Positions 19,199 to 29,790 of a stretch of DNA of 64,000 nucleotides are shown here, one piece after another. The position numbers were made by a program, and so were the translations under genes. The notes beneath the pieces are model-generated. The model had not been told where the DNA came from. It searched no databases and was given only the letters and a program-made list of their open reading frames with translations. Position 1 is the first letter of the stretch. The number at the start of each line of letters is the position of its first letter. The DNA is taken from positions 3,840,001 through 3,904,000 of the forward strand of contig OZ241362.1 of the NCBI GenBank assembly GCA_965200315.1, read 5' to 3'. This DNA comes from Candidatus Latescibacterota bacterium (GTDB taxonomy: Bacteria; Latescibacterota; UBA2968; UBA8231).

Positions 19199-21331
19199 TC
19201 AATAGACGAGCGAGATAGTGCCGACCCGGCTCGCGGTCTCTGCGTCCGTATCCAGTGAGATGCGGTAGATATAGTGGCCCGGAGGCACCGGCTGACCCGC
19301 ATCGTCGCGGCCATCCCACACGGGCACGGCTGCACCGCGGTCGAACAAGCCTCGAATCGCGCTTAGGTGCTTTAGCCGGCGCACCGGACGGCCAGCCAGA
19401 TCGTAGATGCCAACAATCAGATCGCGCTGCACCGACACATCGTGTAACTGAAAACGAAATTCGGCCGCGTCGTTGAGGCCATCGCCGTTGGGGGTAAATG
19501 GATTGGGCGCGACGCGAACTTGCGCGAGTGGATTCGCGCCCAATTCGTCGGTGCGCACCCCAAGGGAATTGCCCGGAAAGTCGATGTTTGCGTCCCCGGG
19601 GGCAATGAGTTGTTTGACGCCGTCGCTCTCGCTGTCGAAGACCCAGCCTTGGAATTGGGTTCCATAGCGCACCACGTGGGTAGCGAACTCTACCTCAATG
19701 AGCTTGAACGTGTCGCTCGTGCCCGCCAGCTTGGGCAGGGCCACGACGATGCGGTCGTCGAGAATTTCGACCGGAAAGTCGCTGCCCAAGGCGACGCCAT
19801 CAACGCGCACGGCATGCACGGCCTCGGCGCGGGTCAGCGTGAAAATTTCCAGCCGATCAAAGCCCGTGTCGCTCGGATCAAAGGTTGGGCGCACGCTATA
19901 AGTGAAGTCCGTGCTCTCGCTGCGCGAGACGTCCTGAGGCCAGATCTCCCCGACGACCTCTAAAGCGGCTGGCGGTGCGAACTGAATCTCCAACTCGCGC
20001 AGCGCACCGGCTTGGTACAGGCTCGATAAGAAGATGACCTGAATTTGCAAATAGCGCTCGGGGCCGGGCGAGAGAATGGGAGTGCCGTCCACCCACGCTG
20101 ACACCTCTGCGGTAGAATCGCGCTGACCGGCCGTCAGCGCGTAGGGAGCCGACCAGAAACTCCAGTTTTCTTCGTCGAGGGTCGTAAAGCGCACGGACAA
20201 ATCGGCGCGTTCAAACTCCTTGCGGATTAGCTGCGTCGGCTCGCCTTCTATGTTGCTCGGCACCCAGTACAAATTGGGGTCTGGATCGCGGCCCGAGCGA
20301 GTGCGAATAATCACACTAGACCCCTCCTCAAACGCGCCGTCCCAGCGGATCTTGCCCCACGCCATGGGCGTACCAAAGTCGAGCACGGCCGTGGTGTACA
20401 CGGCGCGTTCGACAAAGCCCTCGCCGAAGATCTCGAGTTCGGCGATTTCCCAGTTTTCAATCGGGTTGAGCGGGCGCACAGCCACCCACTGGAATTGCTG
20501 GGTTGGGAAGCGGACATCGACGATTGGGTCCAAATTTTCGGTTTCCCTGCTCAGCGTAATCAGCCGCGGGTCGTTGGGCGGGTCCACGCGACGGCTGCTT
20601 ATCCGGGTGAACCAGCGGTTCGAGGGAGTGCTCAGATAGCAGTGAGAAGCAAAGTTGTTGAAGCTGTTGGCCGCCGAGACCTCGTACCACGGCAGAAAGT
20701 TCTCGGTAAAATCCTCCTCGGCCAAGTTTTCCTTGGCCAAGCGCGGCTCTCCCATCACCTCGAGCAGTTCGTCGATTTTGGGGTTGGCAGTGCCCAGCCG
20801 CGGGTAGAAGCGGATCCGATTGATAGGATAGTTGACGCCTAGTTCGACAATCGAATTCTGGACGTACAACCGACTCTGGATCCCGCTGCTTTCGCTGGTG
20901 CTGACGTTGAAAAACGCCGCCGTGTTGGGATCGCCATCGAACATGGGCGCAACCTGCACCAATTGGGTGGAGATGTCGCTGCAGCTCCCGCTGGTGGTGA
21001 TGTTGTTGGAAATGCCGCGGGCAATGCGCGTGCGGACATCGGGATGCGCTAAGTTCAAGTCTGGCGGCACGAAAAACGGGCGCATCCACTGCCCATTGTC
21101 CGCATCGACGATCTCGTTGAGCGTGTCTTCCCAAGTGGCGTACTCGATATTAGAAGCCACCGGTCGCATCTCGAGCGGCAGGCCCGCAGAATCGAGCACT
21201 GCGTAGTGGCCCGGCTCAAAAGACAGAGCCGTCGTCCAAGCATTACCGTCCTCGCCGCCGAGTTTGTACGCGTTGAAAGCAAGGGCCGGCGGGACAACCA
21301 GTGCGCCGAGCAAAAGACCAACAAAGAGCAT
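19199..21331 (-). CDS. large exported protein, paralog 1, with C-terminal FlgD-Ig/CHU_C-like domain
   Basis: Signal peptide; NPFTPNGDG.ND, IYDLAGR.V, WDGRD..G..VPPG.Y. Confidence 0.82.
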   Translation of the reverse strand: MLFVGLLLGALVVPPALAFNAYKLGGEDGNAWTTALSFEPGHYAVLDSAGLPLEMRPVASNIEYATWEDTLNEIVDADNGQWMRPFFVPPDLNLAHPDVRTRIARGISNNITTSGSCSDISTQLVQVAPMFDGDPNTAAFFNVSTSESSGIQSRLYVQNSIVELGVNYPINRIRFYPRLGTANPKIDELLEVMGEPRLAKENLAEEDFTENFLPWYEVSAANSFNNFASHCYLSTPSNRWFTRISSRRVDPPNDPRLITLSRETENLDPIVDVRFPTQQFQWVAVRPLNPIENWEIAELEIFGEGFVERAVYTTAVLDFGTPMAWGKIRWDGAFEEGSSVIIRTRSGRDPDPNLYWVPSNIEGEPTQLIRKEFERADLSVRFTTLDEENWSFWSAPYALTAGQRDSTAEVSAWVDGTPILSPGPERYLQIQVIFLSSLYQAGALRELEIQFAPPAALEVVGEIWPQDVSRSESTDFTYSVRPTFDPSDTGFDRLEIFTLTRAEAVHAVRVDGVALGSDFPVEILDDRIVVALPKLAGTSDTFKLIEVEFATHVVRYGTQFQGWVFDSESDGVKQLIAPGDANIDFPGNSLGVRTDELGANPLAQVRVAPNPFTPNGDGLNDAAEFRFQLHDVSVQRDLIVGIYDLAGRPVRRLKHLSAIRGLFDRGAAVPVWDGRDDAGQPVPPGHYIYRISLDTDAETASRVGTISLVY

Positions 21332-21455
21332 ATCCCGACCTCGACAACTTTTAAGGGGTGGGGGGCGTGAGTGCAACATACTAAAAAAAAACTCGCTATG
21401 CACTCTTTTGGCTAGGGTCTATATTAGCATGTCCATCTCTAATAGTCAGGTTTTT

Positions 21456-24134
21456 ATGCCTTATCGGCTCGTGGTGGGCATTCTCTGGGGCCTCCTAGCG
21501 CTCGGGACCGACCTGCTGGCACTCGATACCCTACGCGTGGGCAACAACGGCAACGTTTCTTGGGCCGGGCAAACCTTCGGCTCAGCCGTGCAGCCGCTCT
21601 CCGCCGAATACAAGGTCAGTCGGTTCTTCACCGAGGTCGGCAATGTACCGGGCAACGTCATCGACTTGTCCAACCTAGCGGTGGTAAGCCCCCAAGTGCT
21701 GGTCAAGACCCTCATCCAAGCACCGCCCGAATTGCTTTCCGGGGAAGTGGCCCTAGCAGAGGAAAAGCTGCTAGACGCAGTCTCGGCCCTGCCGGGAGTG
21801 ACGGCGATTACGCCTTCTCAGCGCGAGGGGCTCTCCCTGATTCGCATTGATCTTGCGGACGACATCCTTCTCGACGAGGCCGTGGCACAGGTTGCCGCCG
21901 CACTAGCGCCGGTGCGTTCGACCGGCGTTGATCCGCTCATTCTGCCGGTCTTGTTAAGCCCGGATCACGTCGTCCGCGGTGAAAACGTGGCCCTGCGCGC
22001 CCTCGGATGGGGCGGCGGCATTACGGCACCGGCCATCAAGGACGTGCCCGCATCTACTCTGGAGGAGACTCTGCTGGAGCTAATCGAGCCGGGCGGAGCC
22101 GAAGACGCGTTCGCCCGCAAGGGGGCTTTTGGGGCCTTGGGCACCTTTATCGTCCTCGATCTCGGCAGTCCCATTGGCATCAACCGAATCCGCTTCTATC
22201 CGCGCAACACCGTGCAGAACGCACCCCAATACCCCTTTCAGACGGATTTTATCCGCCAGTTCGAGTTGCTCGCCCACGACGGGCAAGAGCTCGTCTTAGA
22301 CGGCACCGGACGCCTCGTGCCCCAGCTCGACGACTTCGAGATGCTGCTGAAGACCTCGGCCAACGAAGAGTCGGTAGTAGAAGTGGTGATTGACCCCGCC
22401 GAAACCGCACGCTTTGTGCGGCTCAAATCCACGTCCTCCTTCCCCTATGAAATCGACGAGTTTGAGGTTTTCGGCGAGGGCTTTATCGGCACCAGCCGCT
22501 ACATCTCCCACGTGTACGACTTGGGTGCGCCGGCTACTTGGGGGAATATAAGTTGGCGCGAAAAAATCGTGGATTTGCGCGTCCGCAGCGATCTAACCGG
22601 ACCCGCTCCCCAAGCCAGCGCCTGCCGCATCGAATCCGCGGTGTTCATCAAGCCCGACGACATCCCAAGCGACTACGGCGACTGCGCCCCAACGTCGCGT
22701 TTTACCGATGATCAAGGCTACACCAACGTGTACGAGTGCTTCCAGACCCACTGCGGCGAGGCCGTGCTGCCGGGCCGCCAGCAAAGTGCTGAGCCAACAA
22801 CCAACGAACCCGCGCACCCGTTGGGGCGCACCAACGACGTCTCCGAGATCATCGTCCGCACTCGCACGGGGACCGATCCGACCCCGGTGCTCTACAAGCG
22901 CGGCAACGTGCAGCGCGTGTCAGACGACCAACTCGGCACCTCCATCGACTCCCCGGGCGAACAGCTCGCACGCGACGAATATCTCGATCTCGAGCCTGAT
23001 CTCGAAGCCGTACCTCCGCAGGTTTGGGGCAAGGGAGCAATCGAAGAGGACCTGCAAAACTGGAGTCCCTGGTCGTCGCCCCATCAAGGGGGGGAACGAG
23101 AGGGCGGCACACCGGTTTTATCGCCAGGGCCGCGTCGCTACATCCAGTTTTCAGTCGATTTCCGCAACAGCGAAATCAACGCCACTAAGGCACTGGAACA
23201 GCTAGCCATTGAATACTTGCTGCCGCCGATAGCCGAGGAACTCGTCGCCGAGATTTTCCCACGGGAAGTGGAGGTCTTTGAATCGGTGGATTTCACCTAT
23301 GCCGTGCGTGCTAAAATGGAGTTTGAGGGTGTCAAGGGGTTCGACACCTTTGAACTATTGACCTCTAACCGAGTGCTGGGCATCGACAAAATCGAAATCT
23401 GGGAACTCCCCGACCGACTAGTGACAGAGCAGGCCCTGAACGCCGACATCGTGACGGCTCCCAATGGTCAAGCGGCGGTCCAAACATCCGATGGCACCCA
23501 ACACGCCCTGCCCTACACGGTAGAATCCGCCGATGGCGGCTCCTTTGTCATCCAAGCGGTAACCGAGCGCAACGCGATCGTGCGCTTTCCCCAAATCACC
23601 CGGCCAGCCGATGGCGGCCAGATGCTGCTAAAAATCAAGTTCCGCGGGCGCGTACTGCTGTACAGCACCTTGTTTCGCGGGCAGGCCGTGCTCTCGTCGC
23701 AGGCCGGCAGCATCCAGCGCATCTCCGCCGGCAACGCCGACTTCTTAGGGGAAGGCGACCTGCCCACGGCCTCTGGAATCACCGTGCTGAGCCCAGACAT
23801 CACCAAGGGCGACCTGTTCGGCTCCTTTGCCATCGAACCGAGCGTGTTCACCCCCAATGGCGACGCCATAAACGACGCCGCGACCATCGGCTACGACATC
23901 CTCGCGGTGACCCGACCAACCTCCGTAGAAGTACAGGTCTTTGACCTGTCTGGCCGCCTCGTAAAGTCGCTCTACTCAGGAGCTGAGCTGAGCGGGCACT
24001 ACGACCACCTGTCTTGGGATGGACGCGACGCCGACGGCAACCGGGTGCCGCCGGGGCTGTACTTGGTATCGCTTTCCGTAGATGGCGACGCACGTCAGAC
24101 GCGCAGGGTGCGCACGGTAGGCGTGGCGTATTGA
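21456..24134 (+). CDS. large exported protein, paralog 2, with C-terminal FlgD-Ig/CHU_C-like domain
   Basis: Signal peptide; shares INRIRFYPR, FGEGF, RTR.G.DP.P, SPGP.RY.Q and the FlgD-like tail with paralog 1; divergently transcribed from it. Confidence 0.82.
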   Translation: MPYRLVVGILWGLLALGTDLLALDTLRVGNNGNVSWAGQTFGSAVQPLSAEYKVSRFFTEVGNVPGNVIDLSNLAVVSPQVLVKTLIQAPPELLSGEVALAEEKLLDAVSALPGVTAITPSQREGLSLIRIDLADDILLDEAVAQVAAALAPVRSTGVDPLILPVLLSPDHVVRGENVALRALGWGGGITAPAIKDVPASTLEETLLELIEPGGAEDAFARKGAFGALGTFIVLDLGSPIGINRIRFYPRNTVQNAPQYPFQTDFIRQFELLAHDGQELVLDGTGRLVPQLDDFEMLLKTSANEESVVEVVIDPAETARFVRLKSTSSFPYEIDEFEVFGEGFIGTSRYISHVYDLGAPATWGNISWREKIVDLRVRSDLTGPAPQASACRIESAVFIKPDDIPSDYGDCAPTSRFTDDQGYTNVYECFQTHCGEAVLPGRQQSAEPTTNEPAHPLGRTNDVSEIIVRTRTGTDPTPVLYKRGNVQRVSDDQLGTSIDSPGEQLARDEYLDLEPDLEAVPPQVWGKGAIEEDLQNWSPWSSPHQGGEREGGTPVLSPGPRRYIQFSVDFRNSEINATKALEQLAIEYLLPPIAEELVAEIFPREVEVFESVDFTYAVRAKMEFEGVKGFDTFELLTSNRVLGIDKIEIWELPDRLVTEQALNADIVTAPNGQAAVQTSDGTQHALPYTVESADGGSFVIQAVTERNAIVRFPQITRPADGGQMLLKIKFRGRVLLYSTLFRGQAVLSSQAGSIQRISAGNADFLGEGDLPTASGITVLSPDITKGDLFGSFAIEPSVFTPNGDAINDAATIGYDILAVTRPTSVEVQVFDLSGRLVKSLYSGAELSGHYDHLSWDGRDADGNRVPPGLYLVSLSVDGDARQTRRVRTVGVAY

Positions 24135-24158
24135 GGGAACCGGCGAATGGGATAGAAT

Positions 24159-24362
24159 ATGCCTACGGTCCCCCATCGCTTTCACTTTCTATCAAGTGAT
24201 CGAACCGAACCACCGCACGTTCATGTGAAGCGAGATAATGGATTTGCCAAGTTCTGGCTGAACCCTGTACAATTGCAAAAAAGCGACAACTTTACCGCAA
24301 GGGAACGTCGCATCATTCACAGGATGGTTGAACAAAATCAAGCAGCATTTCTGGAGGCTTAG
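24159..24362 (+). pseudogene. degenerate DUF4160 toxin
   Basis: EPPHVHV.R....AKFWL.P; shortened N-terminus and early stop (FLEA*). Confidence 0.7.
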
Positions 24363-24363
24363 T

Positions 24364-24798
24364 GTGACTACTTCGATGATTGAATTAGAAGTGCCCGATG
24401 CAAAGAGCATTGCGGTTACAGAAGCTAAACTCACCGTCGAGCTTGCAGACGGTCGCATGATCTCCGTTCCGCTAGCTTGGTACCCGCGGCTCGTCCACGC
24501 GACACCAGCCGAACGCAACAATTGGGAGTTGATCGCTGCGAACCGCCACATCCACTCGGAAGATTTGGACGAGGACATTAGCGTGGAAGGGCTGCTGGCG
24601 GGCCGTCGCTCCGGGGAGAGCGAGGCTTCGTTCAAACGCTGGCTCGAAGCGAACGGGACGGGGCGTCGCGCTCTACGAACTCGGACGTGCCAAACGCTAG
24701 CGCCCACTTCCCCTCAACTGCCCTTCCCACTGCTCTCTAAGCTGCTCAAAAATCTCCGCCGAGCGTCCCTCTCGGTAGTACTCTGTAAACTGCTCTAA
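24364..24798 (+). CDS. DUF2442 antitoxin; apparently lost its stop and runs into the convergent gene
   Basis: LADGR.ISVPLAWYPRL..AT..ER.NWE, LDEDISVEGLLAG..SGES..SF.RWL. Confidence 0.8.
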   Translation: MTTSMIELEVPDAKSIAVTEAKLTVELADGRMISVPLAWYPRLVHATPAERNNWELIAANRHIHSEDLDEDISVEGLLAGRRSGESEASFKRWLEANGTGRRALRTRTCQTLAPTSPQLPFPLLSKLLKNLRRASLSVVLCKLL

Positions 24799-26898
24799 GT
24801 GCTGCACTCCTTTGAGCGTATCTCCCAAAACCATGTACAAATGGCCGGCCAAGCGGTTGCCCTGATAGTGCTCTGGCTGAACGGCCAAAATAGCCTGCAC
24901 CTGTTCCATCGCGGCCGCAGCGCGGTGCTCGACGATATACTGGGTGGCCAATAGCAAGCGGGCATCGACCGCGTCCGAGTTGCGGGCAATCACTTGCTGC
25001 AAATGGAGCTTGGCTTCCTCGGCTTGGTTGGCAAAAAAGAGCAAGCGAGCCAAGCGGTAGCGCGCCGCAGCGTCCAGCGAATCCGCCGCTAGGATCTGCC
25101 GGTATTCGGCGCGTGCTGCATCCAAGCGTTCCAACTGCTCGTATAGCTCGCCCAATTGCAGGCGCGCCTGTAGTGAATCCGGCTTAGCAGCTACGAGCTC
25201 CTCATACGCGACCGCAGCTTGCCCCAACTGCCCCAACTGAGCGTGGGCATAACCGAGCCGCCCGTAGAGATCCGCCGCGTCCGCATCTTCGGCACTCAAC
25301 AGGCCCTCGTATGCAGTGATCGCTTCGGCATAGCGACCGGTTCGCAAATAGACGTTTCCCAGCGCCAGCCGCGCCCGCGACACTTCGGGAAAGCGGCCGA
25401 TGAATTCGCCGTATGCAGCAGTGGCCCGGTTGTACTCGCCGCTCCGGGCATACAGAGAGGCCAAGTTGAAACGCGCCCACTTGATATCCGGGTCGAGAGC
25501 CAGCGCTTGCTCATAAGCGGCCACAGCATTGATGGGCAGACCCTTTTTCTCGTACACATAGCCCAGTCGATAATGCGTCTGGGCATCGCCCTCCACATTC
25601 ATCCCTCCCACGCGAAAATTGCACGCGACCGCCAACAGAGATGCGACACCGCAACCAATGAGTAGGTCTCGGTACGCTCCCCGTCGCCCCAGCAGGTAGA
25701 GCTCCCGACCACCATACGCGGCAAATATCAGTAGGATGGGGACCACAGGCAGGCGATAGCGTGCGCTAATAAAAAAAGCCACCACCGTCAGCATGTACGC
25801 ACCGGCGAACAAGGCGAGCAACAGGGGTTCGGGGCGGCGCAGCAAGCCGCTCCGATAGCTCAAGCCCAACCCCAGCAGCGCGAGCGGTGCCAGCAGCCCA
25901 AAGGGGAAGGCCACGCCGTACTTCCAAAGCAAGACTTGCAGCAACGGCGCGTACTGGCGGGCAAAGTACAGGTCCTGATTGCGGCCAATCTCGTCGCCAT
26001 GCCAAAACAGATACAGCTTGTACAGCAGCAGCTTCAGGTAGGCAAAAGGCTGATGAAAAATAAAATCCCAAGCCTCGGCAAAGAAAAAGCGGGATTGGGC
26101 CGAAGGCTGGGTCGCGTCGGCTTCCACGCGCGGCCGCGCAGTCAATTCCAGCCACGCCGGCCCCGGCTGGATCGCCACGGTCTCGTCGTACTGGGCGTTG
26201 TTGCCAATGTAAAAATTAAGACCCGCGTTGGAAGAAATAAGCACCCAATCGCCGCCCACATAGTAGTTGCGCAAGGTGACCGGCGCGATGGCCAAAGCGG
26301 TCCCCAACAACAGCACACACACCCCCACTAGCCGGCCGCGACGCGCCCATACCAACCACAGCGCAGCCACCGGCACAAACGCCAGCACATTAGCCACACA
26401 TAGCGCGGAAAGGCCGAAGATAAACCCGGGCAGCAGAAGCCGCTGCGGCCGCCCCTGGGCCGCCCATAGCAGTGCCCATAGCGCGAGCAGGTTTAGAACC
26501 AGCGCAAGGACCGGCGGCAGCAACTCGGCCTCAAAGAAGATGAAAGGCCCATAGCAAGCGGCTAGTCCGGCCGCTAGATAGCCTACGGCGGGAGAAAAGA
26601 CGCACCCCAAGCGAAAAATCAGCAGGCACAGCGTGGCCCCCAGCGCGGCTTGGACTAACCGCGGCAGGGTAAAACTCGGCTCAAAAAGCGCGTAGAGCGC
26701 ACCGAGAAAATGCGGGTAGAGCGGAGGTTGCCAAAAGGGCTGATCGCCGAAGTGGCCGAGGGCCATAGCGGCAGCCGCTTGGGTATAGGTCTTGGCATCA
26801 ACGAGGGGAAAATCGTAGAACGGGCTGCGCTGGCTCTGGATGATGTACAATAGCCGCAGCGCAAAGGCCGCGCCCCAGATGAGCGCGAGTTTTCCCAC
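24697..26898 (-). CDS. GT-C (PMT/ArnT-like, family 39-type) glycosyltransferase fused to TPRs
   Basis: DA..Y, PFWQPPLYP.FL, multiple TM helices, RNY, G.NFYIGNN, FF..ARYRLP; TPR C-terminus. Confidence 0.85.
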   Translation of the reverse strand: MGKLALIWGAAFALRLLYIIQSQRSPFYDFPLVDAKTYTQAAAAMALGHFGDQPFWQPPLYPHFLGALYALFEPSFTLPRLVQAALGATLCLLIFRLGCVFSPAVGYLAAGLAACYGPFIFFEAELLPPVLALVLNLLALWALLWAAQGRPQRLLLPGFIFGLSALCVANVLAFVPVAALWLVWARRGRLVGVCVLLLGTALAIAPVTLRNYYVGGDWVLISSNAGLNFYIGNNAQYDETVAIQPGPAWLELTARPRVEADATQPSAQSRFFFAEAWDFIFHQPFAYLKLLLYKLYLFWHGDEIGRNQDLYFARQYAPLLQVLLWKYGVAFPFGLLAPLALLGLGLSYRSGLLRRPEPLLLALFAGAYMLTVVAFFISARYRLPVVPILLIFAAYGGRELYLLGRRGAYRDLLIGCGVASLLAVACNFRVGGMNVEGDAQTHYRLGYVYEKKGLPINAVAAYEQALALDPDIKWARFNLASLYARSGEYNRATAAYGEFIGRFPEVSRARLALGNVYLRTGRYAEAITAYEGLLSAEDADAADLYGRLGYAHAQLGQLGQAAVAYEELVAAKPDSLQARLQLGELYEQLERLDAARAEYRQILAADSLDAAARYRLARLLFFANQAEEAKLHLQQVIARNSDAVDARLLLATQYIVEHRAAAAMEQVQAILAVQPEHYQGNRLAGHLYMVLGDTLKGVQHLEQFTEYYREGRSAEIFEQLREQWEGQLRGSGR

Positions 26899-26902
26899 CT
26901 CG

Positions 26903-29611
26903 CTAGATGCCCAAGCCGGCGTACACCGTTATAAAACCCTCGGTCACCGTGCGGGTTTTGATGTCTGGGTCTTCAAAGTCGCGGGCGTCGAACTTCAGGC
27001 CGACCTGCGTGGTCAGCACGTAGCCCTGATATTCGGCCACATTGGTGACTTGAGCGGCCGTGATGAAAGACTGGAAGTTATTGATCTCGGCCACCAGATC
27101 CCGAAGCAGCACGTATTCGACGCCGGTGGCTATGGTGGTGCGACGCATCACGGGCAGTTCTACTACCACGCCGAATATCTCGGTCAGCTCCTCGCGGGCG
27201 TCCTTGGTAAACAGGTCGTAGGTCTGGCGGCGGTATTCGCTTTTCCATCTCGGCAGCACCCGTAGGCGCGACAACTCGACGAGATAGTCGGCCTTGTTGA
27301 TGACGCCAAAGAAAAACTCGTCCTCGCCCAAGCCGAACTGGGTGCGCGCTGTTTGGCCGAGGCGCTGGTGCCACAGGTCGTATTTGAGCGAATTTTTAAT
27401 TGTCAAATCTTCCAGCGGTTCGTACGTATGGCCGATGTACAGCGAATTGTTGAGCGCGTCGCGCGCCAACAGCGGGTCCAGCACTTCCACATTGCGGGAG
27501 TCGCGCAAGGTGTTGCGGTTGTCCCACTGGATTAGGTTGTCAGGAATGTCGTCCTTCACGCTTTTGAGCACTTCCATGACCTTGAGCCGCCCCCAATTCG
27601 GATGGTTCACATCGACGGTCATCACGCCATATATGGCGCGGTTGCGCTGGTCTGAGGTGATCCGCTCCTCGCGCAAATGCCCGACGGTCGCGCGGATTTC
27701 TGGGGTGATATTGACGCCAGCGTACACGTTGAAGCCACTGCGGTCGCGCTTGTAGGGGAAGTCCGGCTCGTTGTCGTTTTCAAAGCGATCTACCCAGCCG
27801 TTGTTGTTGGCGTCAATGCCGTAGAGAAATTCGGGCCGATCTACGTGTTGGCGGAGGAAAGGCTCCTCGTAGTCTGGAATCAGATTGATAACGCGGCCAT
27901 TGTCGTTTTGGTTGAAATCGGGGATGAAGTCGTTGTTTTCGTCCCAACCCGGAAAGACCGCACGATCTACCGACAGGGCGTCGTTGCGGCCCCAATCCGG
28001 GGTGCGGTCTTGATCGTCGTTGTCCTCGACGAATTCCACCAAGAACCGCTCGTTGCTACCCGGGTTGTGGTCGGCAAAATAACCAGAGTTGTAATCGATA
28101 AAGCCGTCCTGCTCGCTGATGTACGTCGAAGTGGCATAATCCGGGTCCATATGAAATACCTCGGCAAAAAAGAAATACGGAGAAGCGCGCTTCCAAAGAT
28201 TGAGCATAAAAGCGTCCGCCGAGGGATTCTCGGACGTACCCGCCGAGGTACTGTGATCGGTATTGCCTTGGTCGGCACTCGGATAGGGATACTTGCGATA
28301 CGTGCGGCTGTTGTCCCACTCGCCATACAAGTGTAAGCCCTTGACATCTTCCAATGCGAGCGTGAACCCAAATATCTGCGTTGCAGTGGGCAGGCCGTAC
28401 TCAAACGACACGACCCGCAAATTGGTGTTGTCCTTGACGTTGCCTGTGGCCCGCACGACCAGTAGGAATATGGGGTCGTTGCTGCGGCCGGTTTGGCGGT
28501 TGGACGTAGCCTGCACCTTGTAGTCGTTGCCCAGCACCAAGTCGAACTGGACCTTGCGAATCTGCGACTTGTCCTGAGACGCGACTAGCAAAAAATCCGT
28601 GCTGTTGAAATCGTAGCGCAGGCGGATTTGCTCATTGCCGTCGGCCGAGATAAACCCTTCCTGCGGGAAACCGCCTTCGACGACCGGTTCAAACCCAATT
28701 TCCTTGCCGCGGTCCACGCTGCCGTCCAAATAGGTGATGATGATATCCGAGCCGGCACTAAAAAACGCCGCGCCACCCTCGCCATCGGCCGGCGAGTCGT
28801 CGCTGAGCAAAATTTCAATCCAAGAGATGGCTTCGTTCTTTTGGTCCACGGTCAATTCGCCCGTGAGGGGATTGCCGCCAAAGCCGTCGGTGAGCGTATT
28901 CGACTGGTGTGCGTTGACGAAGTTGAACCCCAACGTGGTAAAATCTCCCACTTGAACGGTGGTGCGCCCCCCCATCAGCGAGGTGTTGTTGGTGCGGTTG
29001 ATGCCCTCGACATTCGTGCCTGAGCCACCCGATTCGCTCAGCCGCGAATACAGAAAGGTGAGCAAGTATTTGTCCGTAGCTAAGTCGAACTGGACCCCGT
29101 CAAAATCGGGCTTGGAAAAAGTCATGGGCGTCAGGGTCGTGCGGATGCCGTTGCCAATGGTGAGGGCGTAGTGGTATTCGCCGATGGAGTCCGAAGCGAT
29201 CAGCAGGCTGTTAAACCAAGTGCCAAAACGGGCGTCCTTGAACAGCTCGTTGCCGCGCTGCAAGGGCTGGCTCTGGCTATTGTTGTAAATGAGCCAACCG
29301 CGATTGACGAAATTGCCGAAGAAGTCGTAGAAGTAGCTGCCTTCCAACGCCACATCGACGTAGCGCTGGTACTGCGTCCGTGCGTAATTGGAATACTCCC
29401 ACTGCCGCCAGCGGTACTCGTTGAAGAGCTCCTGCGGGATGTACCACTTTTTTACGGCCGGGTCTATCGCATCGAAGAGAACGCCCGACCCCTGTGGCTC
29501 GAACGTGGTCCTGCCGCCGCGCTGAACGCCCAGCCGATTGCCGTAGTCCTGGGCACTGGCCGCGGCGGCGAGGAGGCATAACAAAGACGCAAGAAAAAAA
29601 GGTGATCTCAT
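26903..29611 (-). CDS. exported hypothetical protein, putative outer-membrane beta-barrel with DxDxD-type Ca-binding loops
   Basis: Signal peptide; amphipathic strands ending FITVYAGLGI; DNDDQD, DENNDF and DANNNGWVD motifs. Confidence 0.6.
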   Translation of the reverse strand: MRSPFFLASLLCLLAAAASAQDYGNRLGVQRGGRTTFEPQGSGVLFDAIDPAVKKWYIPQELFNEYRWRQWEYSNYARTQYQRYVDVALEGSYFYDFFGNFVNRGWLIYNNSQSQPLQRGNELFKDARFGTWFNSLLIASDSIGEYHYALTIGNGIRTTLTPMTFSKPDFDGVQFDLATDKYLLTFLYSRLSESGGSGTNVEGINRTNNTSLMGGRTTVQVGDFTTLGFNFVNAHQSNTLTDGFGGNPLTGELTVDQKNEAISWIEILLSDDSPADGEGGAAFFSAGSDIIITYLDGSVDRGKEIGFEPVVEGGFPQEGFISADGNEQIRLRYDFNSTDFLLVASQDKSQIRKVQFDLVLGNDYKVQATSNRQTGRSNDPIFLLVVRATGNVKDNTNLRVVSFEYGLPTATQIFGFTLALEDVKGLHLYGEWDNSRTYRKYPYPSADQGNTDHSTSAGTSENPSADAFMLNLWKRASPYFFFAEVFHMDPDYATSTYISEQDGFIDYNSGYFADHNPGSNERFLVEFVEDNDDQDRTPDWGRNDALSVDRAVFPGWDENNDFIPDFNQNDNGRVINLIPDYEEPFLRQHVDRPEFLYGIDANNNGWVDRFENDNEPDFPYKRDRSGFNVYAGVNITPEIRATVGHLREERITSDQRNRAIYGVMTVDVNHPNWGRLKVMEVLKSVKDDIPDNLIQWDNRNTLRDSRNVEVLDPLLARDALNNSLYIGHTYEPLEDLTIKNSLKYDLWHQRLGQTARTQFGLGEDEFFFGVINKADYLVELSRLRVLPRWKSEYRRQTYDLFTKDAREELTEIFGVVVELPVMRRTTIATGVEYVLLRDLVAEINNFQSFITAAQVTNVAEYQGYVLTTQVGLKFDARDFEDPDIKTRTVTEGFITVYAGLGI

Positions 29612-29790
29612 ACTAGGCTCCTTGTCTGCGAATCTGTAGGCTGAGGAGTTTGGGAGAAGTCAACAACCTTAAACCCGTGCTCCTGCTCTCTCTGTCGCAA
29701 CGCTATCGCCAAGCGATCAAGATCATATTCAAATTGCCGAGCCAGTGCGTCTTTTGCTTTCCATACGTCTTCGATTATTTCATCTTTCAT
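29608..29790 (-). CDS. small putative antitoxin (PIN-toxin partner type)
   Basis: DEIIEDVWKAKDALARQFEYDLD.L...L; directly follows a PIN remnant. Confidence 0.65.
   Translation of the reverse strand: MKDEIIEDVWKAKDALARQFEYDLDRLAIALRQREQEHGFKVVDFSQTPQPTDSQTRSLV

Noticed and set aside
24649-24678. Possible degenerate copy of the paralog 2 3' end (RTGRGVALY vs RTVGVAY) after the second DUF4160/DUF2442 pair
   Set aside because: It needs two indels over ~25 bp, too weak to count as another gene-end duplication.
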